Part shown: piece by piece, positions 14,101-26,685 of the stretch | Layout of the letters: each line of letters starts with the position of its first letter | Position numbering within the stretch: the first letter of the stretch is position 1 | Source of the DNA: Antedon mediterranea | Taxonomy: Eukaryota > Animalia > Echinodermata | Length of the DNA: 64,000 nt | Assembly: GCF_964355755.1 (NCBI RefSeq) | Contig: NC_092673.1 | Span: 14,914,948 to 14,978,947 of the forward strand | Reading direction: 5' to 3' | Notes under the pieces: generated by a model | The model's database searches: none | Seen by the model: the letters and a program-made list of their open reading frames with translations, nothing else | What the model was told of the DNA's origin: nothing | Program-made: the position numbers and the translations under genes

Positions 14101-14559
14101 GCGATAAAAATACGTTTTCAATGCTACGTGCGCACCGCACACGTAAAAATGTGCGCACGCGTGGGAATTTTTGACATGCTTAAAACGACATGAAACGCGT
14201 AGAAAGTTGATTATAAATTAATTTTGCGCATTTTGAAATTTTAAATGCGCGTGCGCGCGTAACTTTGTGTAAAACACGCAATTTTTTTTCAACAGAAAGT
14301 TAGCGCATGATATAAATTAAACTTTTGCAAAGTTTCACTTTAAAATGTTATTTGGTTTTCGACATATGTTAAATACGAGGAAATCGTTAAATTGCGCGTA
14401 CGTCACGTTGCGCAATTGTAAACATCATGAAAAGCTTCGCTTGACGACGTTACATAAATGTCAAAATGTTAACATAGTTAACAAAATGTTATGTTTGCAA
14501 GTTTTAGAGAAAAGCGTTACACAAAAATCATACAGAAAGAAAGAAGATTAAGAAAAAGA
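11187..14559 (-). mobile_element. Family A copy 8, carrying a 1.8-kb TIR transposon (5' end displaced)
   Basis: Family A sequence resumes at 13190 exactly where it was interrupted at 11360. Confidence 0.8.
11361..13189. mobile_element. Non-autonomous cut-and-paste DNA transposon (~1.83 kb)
   Basis: ~33-bp imperfect TIRs TGTGTACAGCCAAATCAAAACCAGGCATTTGTCG / CGACAAACGCCTGGTTTTGGTTTGGCGGTACACA; empty site catatatagt in other copies gives a TA TSD (or ATAT if the termini are GTG...CAC); no transposase ORF. Confidence 0.85.
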
Positions 14560-16160
14560 CTAGACATGTAACTCGTCACTTTGACGAGTTTGGTTATCCG
14601 CCGCGCAAGTGGTGCAACATTAACATTAAGGGGATAGGTTGAGGACAAAAGGAAGTGTTCACGTTGGCATTATGACCTGAACTGAAGAATATGATCTGTT
14701 GTTATTGCTGAAATTTATTATTTAAATTCATATATAGTATACACAGTATAATCTGTATCCATATCACATACAGTGTAGAATAGGTGAAATTACGGGACCC
14801 GCTATTTATTGCAATTTTTAACATGTTGATGGTTTTAAAATGAAACGCGAAGTTAGCAATTCCGAAAGCAAATTATCTCAGCAACAACGTATTAGCGTGT
14901 AGAAGAAATTTGAATACGTTAAATATTGATGCGCGCTCTTTTAAATGTAATGAATTATGACGAAAAAGATGAAAATACGACCTTTTTTATTTAACTGGCC
15001 ATATGATGACGTCACAACATCCGATTGGCAACATTTTTACATAATTTCGTATCTACAATCCAATAGCTTCCAGAAAAAGTTTTAATCGTGATTATCACAT
15101 TTTATTCTTATGAGCTATAACAGATTAAAATTTACTGTAAAGATGAAATTGATGCCACACGTGATTTAAATTTTTAGGCATGATGACGTCATAAAAATTA
15201 AAATATTTTTAACTCATGCGAAAGATAGTTAATTGACCTAGACAATATCAAAATCGGGGTGAAAATGGAAAACGGATAAGTGGAGATGCGCTCTATTCAA
15301 TGTGATGAGCTATGACGAAAGATACAAAAATACTAAATTTTATATTCGCGTGGCCATACGATGACGTCACAATGTCAGGTTAGCCATATTAATACCTGAT
15401 CCGATATCTACAACTCATCTACTTCCAGAATATGTCATCCACAAAAATTTGACCGTCTAGTTTAGAAATTACGACTGTTTAAAAAAAGGCATATTTTAAA
15501 CGAATTTTTTAACCTTTTCATAAAAAACGCGCGCAAATTGTCCAATTCGACGTGCTCGTATGACGTATCTTTAAGTCGAAATTGTTTAAAATTTGGTAAA
15601 ATTACTAGAAAAGGCTGGAAAAAAATAAATCACGCGAAAAAAATACGTTTTCAATGCTACGTGCACACCGCACACGTAGAAATGTGCGCACGCGTGGGAA
15701 TTTTTGACATGCTTAAAACGACATGAAACTCGTAGAAAGTTGATTATAAATTAATTTTGCGCATTTTGAAATTTTAAATGTGCGTGCGTGCGTAACTTTG
15801 TGTAAAACACGCAATTTTTTTTCAACAGAAATTTAGCGCATGATATAAATTAAACTTTTGCAAAGTTTCACTTTAAAATGTTATTTGGTTTTCGACATAT
15901 GTTAAATACGATAAAATCGTTAAATCGCGCGTACGTCACGTTGCGCAATTGTAAACATCATGAAAAGCTTCGCTTGACGACGTTACATAAATGTCAAAAT
16001 GTTAACATAGTTAACAAAATGTTATGTTTGCGAGTTTTAGAGAAAAGCGTTACACAAAAATCATACAGAAAGAAAGAAGAAGAATAAAAAGTTGATGATG
16101 ATGATGATGATTTCGTACAATCACAAGAGGTTATCCTGCAACTTCGTTGCGGATAACCAA
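14560..16160 (-). mobile_element. Family A copy 9, complete; followed by three stacked orphan 5' ends (16161-16363)
   Basis: Both termini present; further GGATAACCAA ends at 16248, 16307, 16363. Confidence 0.85.
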
Positions 16161-16168
16161 TAAAAAGT

Positions 16169-16201
<33 letters not shown>

Positions 16202-16369
16202 CGTACAATCACAAGAGGTTATCCTGCAACTTCGTTGCGGATAACCAATGATGATGATTTCGTACAATCACAAGAGGTTATCCTGCAACTTCGTTGCGGA
16301 TAACCAATGATGATTTCGTACAATCACAAGAGGTTATCCTGCAACTTCGTTGCGGATAACCAATAAAAA

Positions 16370-17882
16370 CTAGAATTTAATTCGTCACTTTGACGAATTA
16401 TAGGTGATCATTTTTATCATTTTAATGAAATTAATTTTTTTTTTAAACATGTACGTACGTTAACATACGATAGGAAAATGTTGATGTATGCCATCCTATT
16501 ATACGCTTATAGTGCTGAGTTATGCTTATTATATGCCATATACAATGTACAGTATATACTGTATATCTATATACAGTGTAGCATAGGTGAAATTATGGGA
16601 CACACATCAAGTTCAAATTTTTTGGTATGATGGAATTATCAAAATAAACTCGAAGATGACAATTTCGAAAGATAATGAATTGAGCAAATAAATATAAGGA
16701 TTGGAAGAGAATTTGACACGTAGAAGCGCAATGCGCGCTCTTTGAAATTTGTATAACTTCGACTAAAGAAATTTAAAAACTACTTTTTAACTTCAACTGG
16801 CCATATGATAACATCACAACATCCGATAGGCTTAATTTTGATATGAATTCATATCTACATTTCATCAGCTTTCATAATAAATTATAATCTTCAAGGTCAC
16901 CTTTAATTCTGAGGAGCTATAAGATATTCAAATGTATGGTGTAGCTGAAATTACACGACCTAGGTTATTCAAGTTTTTACGCGTGATGACGTCATCACAA
17001 TAAAAATGTTGACAACTCACGAGAAAGATAATTAATTGAGCAAGCACATACTAAAATATCTGCAAAAATCGGGCTCAAATAACGGAGATGCGCTCTATTG
17101 AATGTGATAACCCACACAAAAAAATAAAAATTACTAATTTTTTAATTCAAGTGGCCATTTCATGACGTCATACCATTTTGTACGTCTAATATGTATATAT
17201 ATTTATATCTACAACTTATTGGCTTCCATAATAAGTTAAAAAAATTGGGGGTCACCTGCCATTCTGAAGAGTTATATTCATTTTTAAAAGGCCTTATTTT
17301 TTACCATTTTTAGCACTTTTGTACAATTAATGTGCGCATTTTGTCATTTTTAACGTGCTCGTATAGCGTTATTTTAAGTCGGAATGGACTCAAAGTCGGA
17401 GAATGTACTAAGGATTGTGAGTAGAATATGATGTATACATCAAATTTTATTTTTTACCCTTTTTAAAAATCGCGTGCGCAAAAATGTGTTTTTGCGCAGT
17501 AATTTTTTGAAACACGCAAATGGCCTATTTCATGCTCTAAATTGATCAAAACTTAATTTTGAGCTTTTTAAAATTTTAATGCGCGATTTCACGCGCATGA
17601 CCTTGAAACACGCAATTTTTTATTTGCTAATACTTTTACCTTTGACCTGAAGTTTACGTGTAGTGAATTTCATTAATATGTGATAATGAATTATGGAGAT
17701 ATGATTGACAATGTGATTTCACAAAATGGCGTATACGCGACGTCATGGATGAGTGATCACGCTGAAAAGCTTATTAGGACTAAGTTACAGTATTTGAAAG
17801 ACATTGTAAAATTTTGGTAATCATTTACATTAAACTTTTTGAGATAATTGTTACACAAATTTGTACAGAGAGAAATAAATAA
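16370..17882 (-). mobile_element. Family B: diverged relative of family A, own 5' terminus not seen
   Basis: CTAGAATTT-AATTCGTCA-CTT-TGACGAATT 3' hairpin; collinear but clearly diverged similarity to A along the body (e.g. aactggccatatgat..catcacaacatccgat, ggagatgcgctctatt); different sequence at the subTIR position (ataggtgatc). Confidence 0.75.
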
Positions 17883-20281
17883 CTAGACATGTAACTCGTC
17901 ACTTTGACGAGTTTGGTTATCCGCCGCGCAAGTGGTGCAACATTAACATTAAGGGGATAGGTAGAGGACAAAAGGAAGTGTTCACGTTGGCATTATGACC
18001 TGAACTGAAGAATATGATATGTTGTTATTGCTGAATTTTATCTATATATAAATTCATATATAGTATACACAGTATAATCTGTATCCATATCACATACAGT
18101 GTAGAATATGTGAACTTACGGGACCCGCTATTTATTGCAATTTTTAACATGTTGACGGTTTTAAAATGAAACGGGAAGGTAGCAATTCCGAAAGGAAATT
18201 ATCTCAGCAACAACGTATTAGCGTGTAGAAGAAATTTGAATACGTGAAATATTGATGCGCGCTCTCTTAAATGTAATGAATTATGACGCAAAAGATGAAA
18301 ATACGACCTTTTTTATTTAACTGGCCATATGATGACGTCACAACATCCGATTGGCAACATTTTTACATAATTTCGTATCTACAATCCAATAGCTTCCAGA
18401 AAAAGTTTTAATCGTGATTATCAAATTTTATTCTTACGAGCTATAAAAGATTAAAATTTACTGTAAAGATGAAATTGATGCCACACGTGATTTAAATTTT
18501 TAGGCATGATGACGTCAAAAAAATTAAAATATTTTTAACTCATGCGAAAGATAGTTGATTGACCTAGACAATATCAAAATCGGGGTGAAAATGGAAAACG
18601 GATAAGTGGAGATGCGCTCTATTCAATGTGATGAGCTATGACGAAAGATACAAAAATCCTAAATTTTATATTCGCGTGGCCATACGATGACGTCACAAAG
18701 TCCGGTTAGCCATATTAATACCTGATCCGATATCTACAACTCATCTACTTCTAGAAAATGTCATCCAAAAAAATTTGACCGTCTAGTTTAGAAATTACGA
18801 CTGTTTAAAAAAAGTCATATTTTAAAAGAATTTTTTAACCTTTTCATAAAAAACGCGCGTTATTGCTGAATTTTATTATTTAAATTCATATATAGTATAC
18901 ACAGTATAATCTGTATCCATATCACATACAGTGTAGAATAGGTGAAATTACGGGACCCGCTATTTATTGCAATTTTTAACATGTTGACGGTTTTAAAATG
19001 AAACGCGAAGGTAGCAATTCCGAAAGTAAATTATCTCAGCAACAACGTATTAGCGTGTAGAAGAAATTTGAATACGTGAAATATTGATGCGCGCTCTTTT
19101 AAATGTAATGAATTATGACGCAAAAGATGAAAATACGACCTTTTTTATTTAACTGGCCATATGATGACGTCACAACATCCGATTGGCAACATTTTAACAT
19201 AATTTCGTATCTACAATCCAATAGCTTCCAGAAAAAGTTTTAATCGTGATTATCACATTTTATTCTTACGAGCTATAACAGATTAAAATTTACTGTAAAG
19301 ATGAAATTGATGCCACACGTGATTTCAATTTTTAGGCATGATGACGTCATAAAAATTAAAATATTTTTCACTCATGCGAAAGATAGTTGATTGACCTAGA
19401 CAATATCAAAATCGGGGTGAAAATGGAAAACGGATAAGTGGAGATGCGCTCTATTCAATGTGATGAGCTATGACGAAAGATACAAAAATCCTAAATTTTA
19501 TATTCGCGTGGCCATACGATGACGTCACAATGTCCGGTTAGCCATATTAATACCTGATCCGATATCTACAACTCATCTACTTCCAGAATATGCCATCCAC
19601 AAAAAGTTGACCGTTTAGTTTAGAAATTACGACTGTTTAAAAAAAGGCATATTTTAAACGAATTTTTTAACCTTTTCATAAAAAACGAGCGCAAATTGTC
19701 CAATTCGACGTGCTCGTATGACGTATCTTTAAGTCGAAATTGTTAAAAATTTGGTAAAATTACATGAAAAGGCTGGAAAAACATAAATCACGCGAAAAAA
19801 ATACGTTTTCAATGCTACGTGCGCACCGCACACGTAAAAATGTGCGCACGCGTGGGAATTTTTGACATGCTTAAAACGACATGAAACGCGTAGAAAGTTG
19901 ATTAGAAATTAATTTTGCGCATTTTGAAATTTTAAATGCGCGTGCGCGCGTAACTTTGTGTAAAACACGGATTTTTTTTTCAACAGAAAGTTAGCGCATG
20001 ATATAAATTAAACTTTTGCAAAGTTTCAAGTTGAAATGTTATTTGGTTGTCGAGCTATGTTAAATACGACAAAATCGTTAAATCGCGCGTAAGTCACGTT
20101 GCGCAATTGTAAACGTCATGAAAAGCTTCGCTTGACGACGTTACGTAAATGTTAATATGTTAAGATAGTTACCGAAATGTTATGTTTGCGAGTTTTAGAG
20201 AAAAGCGTTACACAAAAATCATACAGAATGATTTCGTACAATCACAAGAGGTTATCCTGCAACTTCGTTGCGGATAACCAA
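17883..20281 (-). mobile_element. Family A copy 10, chimeric, with ~0.8-kb internal duplication (junction near 18860)
   Basis: aaaacgcgcg|ttattgctgaa jump back within the unit; diverged segment 20040-20230; extra 5' end 20282-20340. Confidence 0.75.
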
Positions 20282-20340
20282 TGATGATGATTTCGTACAA
20301 TCACAAGAGGTTATCCTGCAACTTCGTTGCGGATAACCAA

Positions 20341-21863
20341 CTAGACATGTAACTCGTCACTTTGACGAGTTTGGTTATCCGCCGCACAAGTGGTGAAACA
20401 TTAACATTAAGGGGATAGGTTGAGGACAAAAGGAAGTGTTCACGTTGGCATTATGACCTGAACTGAAGAATATGATATGTTGTTATTGCTGAATTTTATT
20501 ATTTAAATCCATATATAGTATACACAGTATAATCTGTATCCATATCATACAGTGTAGAATAGGTGAAATTACGGGACCCGCTATTTATTGCAATTTTTAA
20601 CATGTTGACGGTTTTAAAATGAAACGCGAAGGTAGTAATTCCGAAAGCAAATTATCTCAGCAACAACGTATTAACGTGTAGAAGAAATTTGAATACGTGA
20701 AATATTGATGCGCGCTCTTTTAAATGTAATGAATTATGACGCAAAAGATGAAAATACGACCTTTTTTATTTAACTGGCCATATGATGACGTCACAACATC
20801 CGATTGGCAACATTTTTACATAATTTCGTATCTACAATCCAATAGCTTCCAGAAAAAGTTTTAATCGTGATTATCACATTTTATTCTTACGAGCTATAAC
20901 AGATTAAAATTTACTGTAAAGATGAAATTACTGCCACACGTGATATTAATTTTTAGGCATGATGACGTCAAAAAAATTAAAATATTTTTAACTCATGCGA
21001 AAGATAGTTGATTGACCTAGACAATGTCAAAATCGGGGTGAAAATGGAAAACGGATAAGTGGAGATGCGCTCTATTCAATGTGATGAGCTATGACGAAAG
21101 ATACAAAAATCCTAAATTTTATATTCGCGTGGCCATACGATGACGTCAAAATGTCCGGTTAGCCATATTAATACCTGATCCGATATCTACCACTCATCTA
21201 CTTCCAGAATATCCCATCCACAAAAAGTTGACCTTCTAGTTTAGAAATTACGACTGTTTAAAAAAAGGCATATTTTAAACGAATTTTTTAACATTTTCAT
21301 AAAAAACGCGCGCAAATTGTCCAATTCGACGTGCTCGTATGACGTATCTTTAAGTCGAAATTGTTTAAAATTTGGTAAAATTACTAGAAAAAGCTGGAAA
21401 AACATAAATCACGCGAAAAAAAATCGTTTTCCATGCTACGTGCGCACCGCACACGTAAAAATGTGCGCACGCGTGGGAATTTTTGACATGCTTAAAACGA
21501 CATGAAACGCGTAGAAAGTTGATTATAAATTAATTTTGCGCATTTTGAAATTTTAAATGCGCGTGCGCGCGTAACTTTGTGTAAAACACGCAATTTTTTT
21601 TCAACAGAAAGTTAGCGCATGATATAAATTAAACTTTTGCAAAGTTTCACTTTAAAATGTTATTTGGTTTTCGACATATGTTAGATACGAGAAAATCGTT
21701 AAATCGCGCGTACGTCACGTTGCGCAATTGTAAACATCATGAAAAGCTTCGCTTGACGACGTTACATAAATGTCAAAATGTTAACATAGGTAACAAAATG
21801 TTATGTTTGCAAGTTTTAGAGAAAAGCGTTACACAAAAATCATACAGAAAGAAAGAAGAAAAA
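20341..21863 (-). mobile_element. Family A copy 11 (interrupted by family C; 5' end at 23479-23548)
   Basis: Stops at gaagaaaaa; the continuation taaaaagttgatg... follows element C. Confidence 0.8.
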
Positions 21864-23478
21864 CTAGATCTAAACTCGTCACTTGAGGACGAGTTTGGTT
21901 ATCCGCCCGCAACAAAACGTATCTTGCGTAATAAAGTACTTCTCAGTTATGACTTTTCCAAAAAAAGTTAGCCTATTCAAAATTAAAACTGCCATTTCAG
22001 TGTAATAACCAATCCTTTTAATCAATTGTTTTCCCGTGATTGGATTCGAACCCGGTACCTCTGATACCAAAGTCGGTTGCACTACACATCGAGCCATATG
22101 AGCACCTGCTGAAGAAAATCCGAAGAAAGAGTCCTCGTTCATTCGGTATGTCCTGAACCCCCCTCGATGCAAGTTGATTATTACATAATGAACTTAAATC
22201 ATAATTTTTACTATGATGAAATCTTCACAAATTTTAAACAGTTACATATTATGAGAGTGCATACTTTCTAGTTTTATATATTAACATGTGAAGAAAAAAG
22301 ATAAGCGTTATGTTTATTGTTTTGCTCTTTGAATATGTTTATGTTTGTTTGATGATAATTATTTCAAAAATTACATTTAATATGCAAATAATGTAGCCAT
22401 CAAACACTTTTTAACATTCAACACTATAATAAATCACACCTATGATTCATACACTGCAAGAAAATAAAATAAAAAATGGGGGTAACCTTGCATTCTGATG
22501 AACTGTTTCATTTTTAAAAGTAGACATATTTTGCAACATTTTCACAATTTGTTGACGTATTCGTGCGCAACCTGTCATGTTTAACGTGCTCGTAGAACGC
22601 CATTTCAAGTTGAAAAGTGAATAAAATAACGTAAAATTGTTAACCGAAGATTTAAAAACACAAATAGTGTAAAAGAAATGCTCATACGCGTTCCCTGCGC
22701 CGTGCGCGCGTAAAAATGTGCGCACCAGTGGTAATTTTTTAAACGCTTAAAATGACCTGAATCGTGCTCTAATTTAATCAGAAATTGATTTGAAGCATTT
22801 TAAAATTTCAAACGCCATTTACGCGCGCACTTTCTAATGTTACAAATTGCGATAGCGTTAAAAAAGTTAACTATTGATGTGAAGCAAACGTGGCTGAAAA
22901 TGACGTTAAAAAATATTCATTTGTTTCGAAGTTATAACCAATTTAAGATTTTCAGAAAATCACGCGTACCTTACGCTACGCGGCTCTGACATCGTCAAAA
23001 AGCTTGGCTGGACAACTTCAGTAAAATGTCTAAATGCTGAACAAGTTACAACATATTATGTTTACACGTTGAAGAGAAACAGCGTGCACAAAATAAGAAG
23101 AGTAAAATATTTCAAACGCAATTTACGCGAAAACTTTCTAATCTCCAAAAATTTGTTAAACATTCCAAAAGTTAGCCATTGATGTGAAGAAAACGTGGCT
23201 GAAAATTTCGTTAAAAAATATTTATCGGTTTCGAAGTTATGACCGATTTAAGATTTTCAGAAAATCGCGCGTAACTTACGCTACGCGGATCTGATATTGT
23301 CAAAAAGCTTGGCAGTACATCTTCAGTTAAATGTCTATATGTTGACGAAGTTACAACATGTTATGTTAACACGTTAAAGAGAAAACGCGTGCACAAAATC
23401 CGAGAAAGAAAGAAGAATAATAAAAAAAAAAAGTAACACTACAATAACAAAGGTTATCCGCTTGAGGCGGATAACCAA
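21864..23478 (-). mobile_element. Family C: complete HINE-like element sharing family A subTIRs
   Basis: CTAGATCT-AAACTCGTC-ACTTGAG-GACGAGTTT-GGTTATCCGC at one end and GGTTATCCGC-TTGAG-GCGGATAACCAA at the other; internal ~300-bp diverged tandem duplication (~22805-23400). Confidence 0.8.
22032..22103 (-). pseudogene. tRNA-derived sequence inside family C
   Basis: Minus strand GCTCATATGGCTCGATGTGTAGTGC...CTTTGGT...AGGTACCGGGTTCGAATCC; A-box-like TGGCTCGATG and perfect B box GGTTCGAATCC at tRNA spacing; stems degenerate. Confidence 0.6.
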
Positions 23479-23548
23479 TAAAAAGTTGATGTTGATGATT
23501 TCGTACAATCACAAGAGGTTATCCTGCAACTTCGTTGCGGATAACCAA

Positions 23549-25076
23549 CTAGACATGTAACTCGTCACTTTGACGAGTTTGGTTATCCGCCGCGCAAGTG
23601 GTGCAACATTAACATTAAGGGGATAGGTTGAGGACAAAAGGAAGTGTTCACGTTGGCATTATGACCTGAACTGAAGAATATGATATGTTGTTATTGCTGA
23701 ATTTTATTGTTTAAATTCATATATAGTATACACAGTATAATCTGTATCCATATCACATACAGTGTAGAATAGGTGAAATTACGGGACCCGCTATTTATTG
23801 CAATTTTTAACATGTTGACGGTTTTAAAATGAAACGCGAAGGTAGCAATTCCGAAAGGAAATTATCTCAGCAACAACGTATTAGCGTGTAGAAGAAATTT
23901 GAATACGTGAAATATTGATGCGCGCTCTTTTAAATGTAATGAATTATGACGCAAAAGATGAAAATACGACCTTTTTTATTTAACTGGCCATATGATGACG
24001 TCACAACATCCGATTGGCAACATTTTAACATAATTTCGTATCTACAATCCAATAGCTTCCAGAAAAAGTTTTAATCGTGATTATCACATTTTATTCTTAC
24101 GAGCTATAACAGATTAAAATTTACTGTAAAGATGAAATTGATGCCACACGTGATTTCAATTTTTAGGCATGATGACGTCATAAAAATTAAAATATTTTTA
24201 ACTCATGCGAAAGATAGTTGATTGACCTAGACAATATCAAAATCGGGGTGAAAATGGAAAACGGATAAGTGGAGATGCGCTCTATTCAATGTGATGACCT
24301 ATGACGAAAGATACAAAAATCCTAAATTTTATATTCGCGTGGCCATACGATGACGTCACAATGTCCGGTTAGCCATATTAATACCTGATCCGATATCTAC
24401 AACTCATCTACTTCCAGAATATGCCATCCACAAAAAGTTGACCGTCTAGTTTAGAAATTACGACTGTTTAAAAAAAGGCATATTTTAAACGAATTTTTTA
24501 ACCTTTTCATAAAAAACGCGCGCAAATTGTCCAATTCGACGTGCTCGTATGACGTATCTTTAAGTCGAAATTGTTTAAAATTTGGTAAAATTACATGAAA
24601 AGGCTGGAAAAACATAAATCACGCGAAAAAAATACGTTTTCAATGCTACGTGCGCACCGCACACGTAAAAATGTGCGCACGCGTGGGAATTTTTGACATG
24701 CTTAAAACGACATGAAACGCGTAGAAAGTTGATTATAAATTAATTTCGCACATTTTGAAATTTTAAATGCGCGTGCGCGCGTAACTTTGTGTAAAGCACG
24801 CAATTTTTTTTCAACAGAAAGTTAGCGCATGATATAAATTAAACTTTTGCAAAGTTTCAAGTTGAAATGTTATTTGGTTTTCGACATATGTTAAATACGA
24901 GAAAATCGTTAAATCGCGCGTACGTCACGTTGCGCAATTGTAAACATCATGAAAAGCTTCGCTTGACGACGTTACATAAATGTCAAAATGTTAACATAGT
25001 TAACAAAATGTTATGTTTGCAAGTTTCAGAGAAAAGCGTTACACAAAAATCATACAGAAAGAAAGAAGAAGAATAA
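23549..25076 (-). mobile_element. Family A copy 12 (5' end displaced), followed by a 7-nt CTAGACA stub
   Basis: Begins CTAGACATG, stops at gaagaataa; then ctagaca-ctagacatg. Confidence 0.8.
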
Positions 25077-25083
25077 CTAGACA

Positions 25084-26685
25084 CTAGACATGTAACTCGT
25101 CACTTTGACGAGTTTGGTTATCCGCCGCGCAAGTGGTGCAACATTAACATTAAGGGGATAGGTTGAGGACAAAAGGAAGTGTTCACGTTGGCATTATGAC
25201 CTGAACTGAAGAATATGATATGTTGTTATTGCTGAATTTTATTATTTAAATTCATATATAGTATACACAGTATAATCTGTATCCATATCACATACAGTGA
25301 CATACAGTGTAGAATAGGTGAAATTACGGGACCCGCTATTTATTGCAATTTTTAACATATTGACGGTTTTAAAATGAAACGCGAAGGTAGCAATTCCGAA
25401 AGGAAATTATCTCAGCAACAACGTATTAGTGTGTAGAAGAAATTTGAATGCGGGAAATATTGATGCGCGCTCTTTTAAACGTAATGAATTATGACGCAAA
25501 AGATGAAAATACGACCTTTTTTATTTAACTGACCATATGATGACGTCACAACATCCGATTGGCAAAATTTTTACATAATTTCGTATCTACAATCCAATAC
25601 CTTCCAGAAAAAGTTTTAATCGTGATTATCACATTTTATTCTTACGAGCTATAACAGATTAAAATTTACTGTAAAGATGAAATTGATGCCACACGTGATT
25701 TAAATTTTTAGGCATGATGACGTAAAAAAAATTAAAATATTTTTAACTCATGCGAAAGATAGTTGATTGACCTAGACAATATCAAAATCGGGGTGAAAAT
25801 GGAAAACGAATAAGTGGAGATGCGCTCTATTCAATGTGATGAGCTATGACGAAAGATACAAAAATCCTAAATTTTATATTCGCGTGGCCATACGATGACG
25901 TCACAATGTCCGGTTAGCCATATTAATACCTGATCCGATATCTACAACTCATCTACTTCCAGAATATGTCATCCACAAAAAGTTGACCGTCTAGTTTAGA
26001 AATTACGACTGTTTAAAAAAAGGCATATTTTAAACGAATTTTTTAACCTTTTCATAAAAAACGCGCGCAAATTGTCCAATTCGACGTTCTCGTATGACGT
26101 ATCTTTAAGTCGAAATTGTTCAAAATTTGGTAAAATTACTAGAAAATGCTGGAAAAACATAAATCACGCGATAAAAATACGTTTTCAATGCTACGTGCGC
26201 ACCGCACACGTAAAAATGTGCGCACGCGTGGGAATTTTTGACATGCTTAAAACGACATGAAACGCGTAGAAAGTTGATTATAAATTAATTTTGCGCATTT
26301 TGAAATTTTAAATGCGCGTGCGCGCGTAACTTTGTGTAAAACACGATATTTTTTTTCAACAGAAAGTTAGCGCATGATATAAATTAAACTTTTGCAAAGT
26401 TTCACTTTAAAATGTTATTTGGTTTTCGACATATGTTAAATACGAGGAAATCGTTAAATTGCGCGTACGTCACGTTGCGCAATTGTAAACATCATGAAAA
26501 GCTTCGCTTGACGACGTTACATAAATGTCAAAATGTTAACATAGTTAACAAAATGTTATGTTTGCAAGTTTTAGAGAAAAGCGTTACACAAAAATCATAC
26601 AGAAAGAAAGAAGATTAAGAAAAAGATGATGATGATTTCGTACAATCACAAGAGGTTATCCTGCAACTTCGTTGCGGATAACCAA
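25084..26685 (-). mobile_element. Family A copy 13, complete; followed by two stacked 5' ends
   Basis: Both termini present; shares diagnostic variants with copy 8 (catacagtgacatacagtg, aatgcggg, gacgttctcg). Confidence 0.85.

Noticed and set aside
16090-16363. Stack of ~50-bp palindromic direct repeats resembling a CRISPR array
   Set aside because: Intervening sequences are (GAT)n, not unique spacers; no cas genes; repeats are displaced 5' termini of the nested elements
1515-26618. Recurrent 62-72 aa ORFs (MLFGFRH..., MSNSTCS...)
   Set aside because: They recur only because the repeat does; short, often TTG starts, broken by stops in some copies, no recognisable domain
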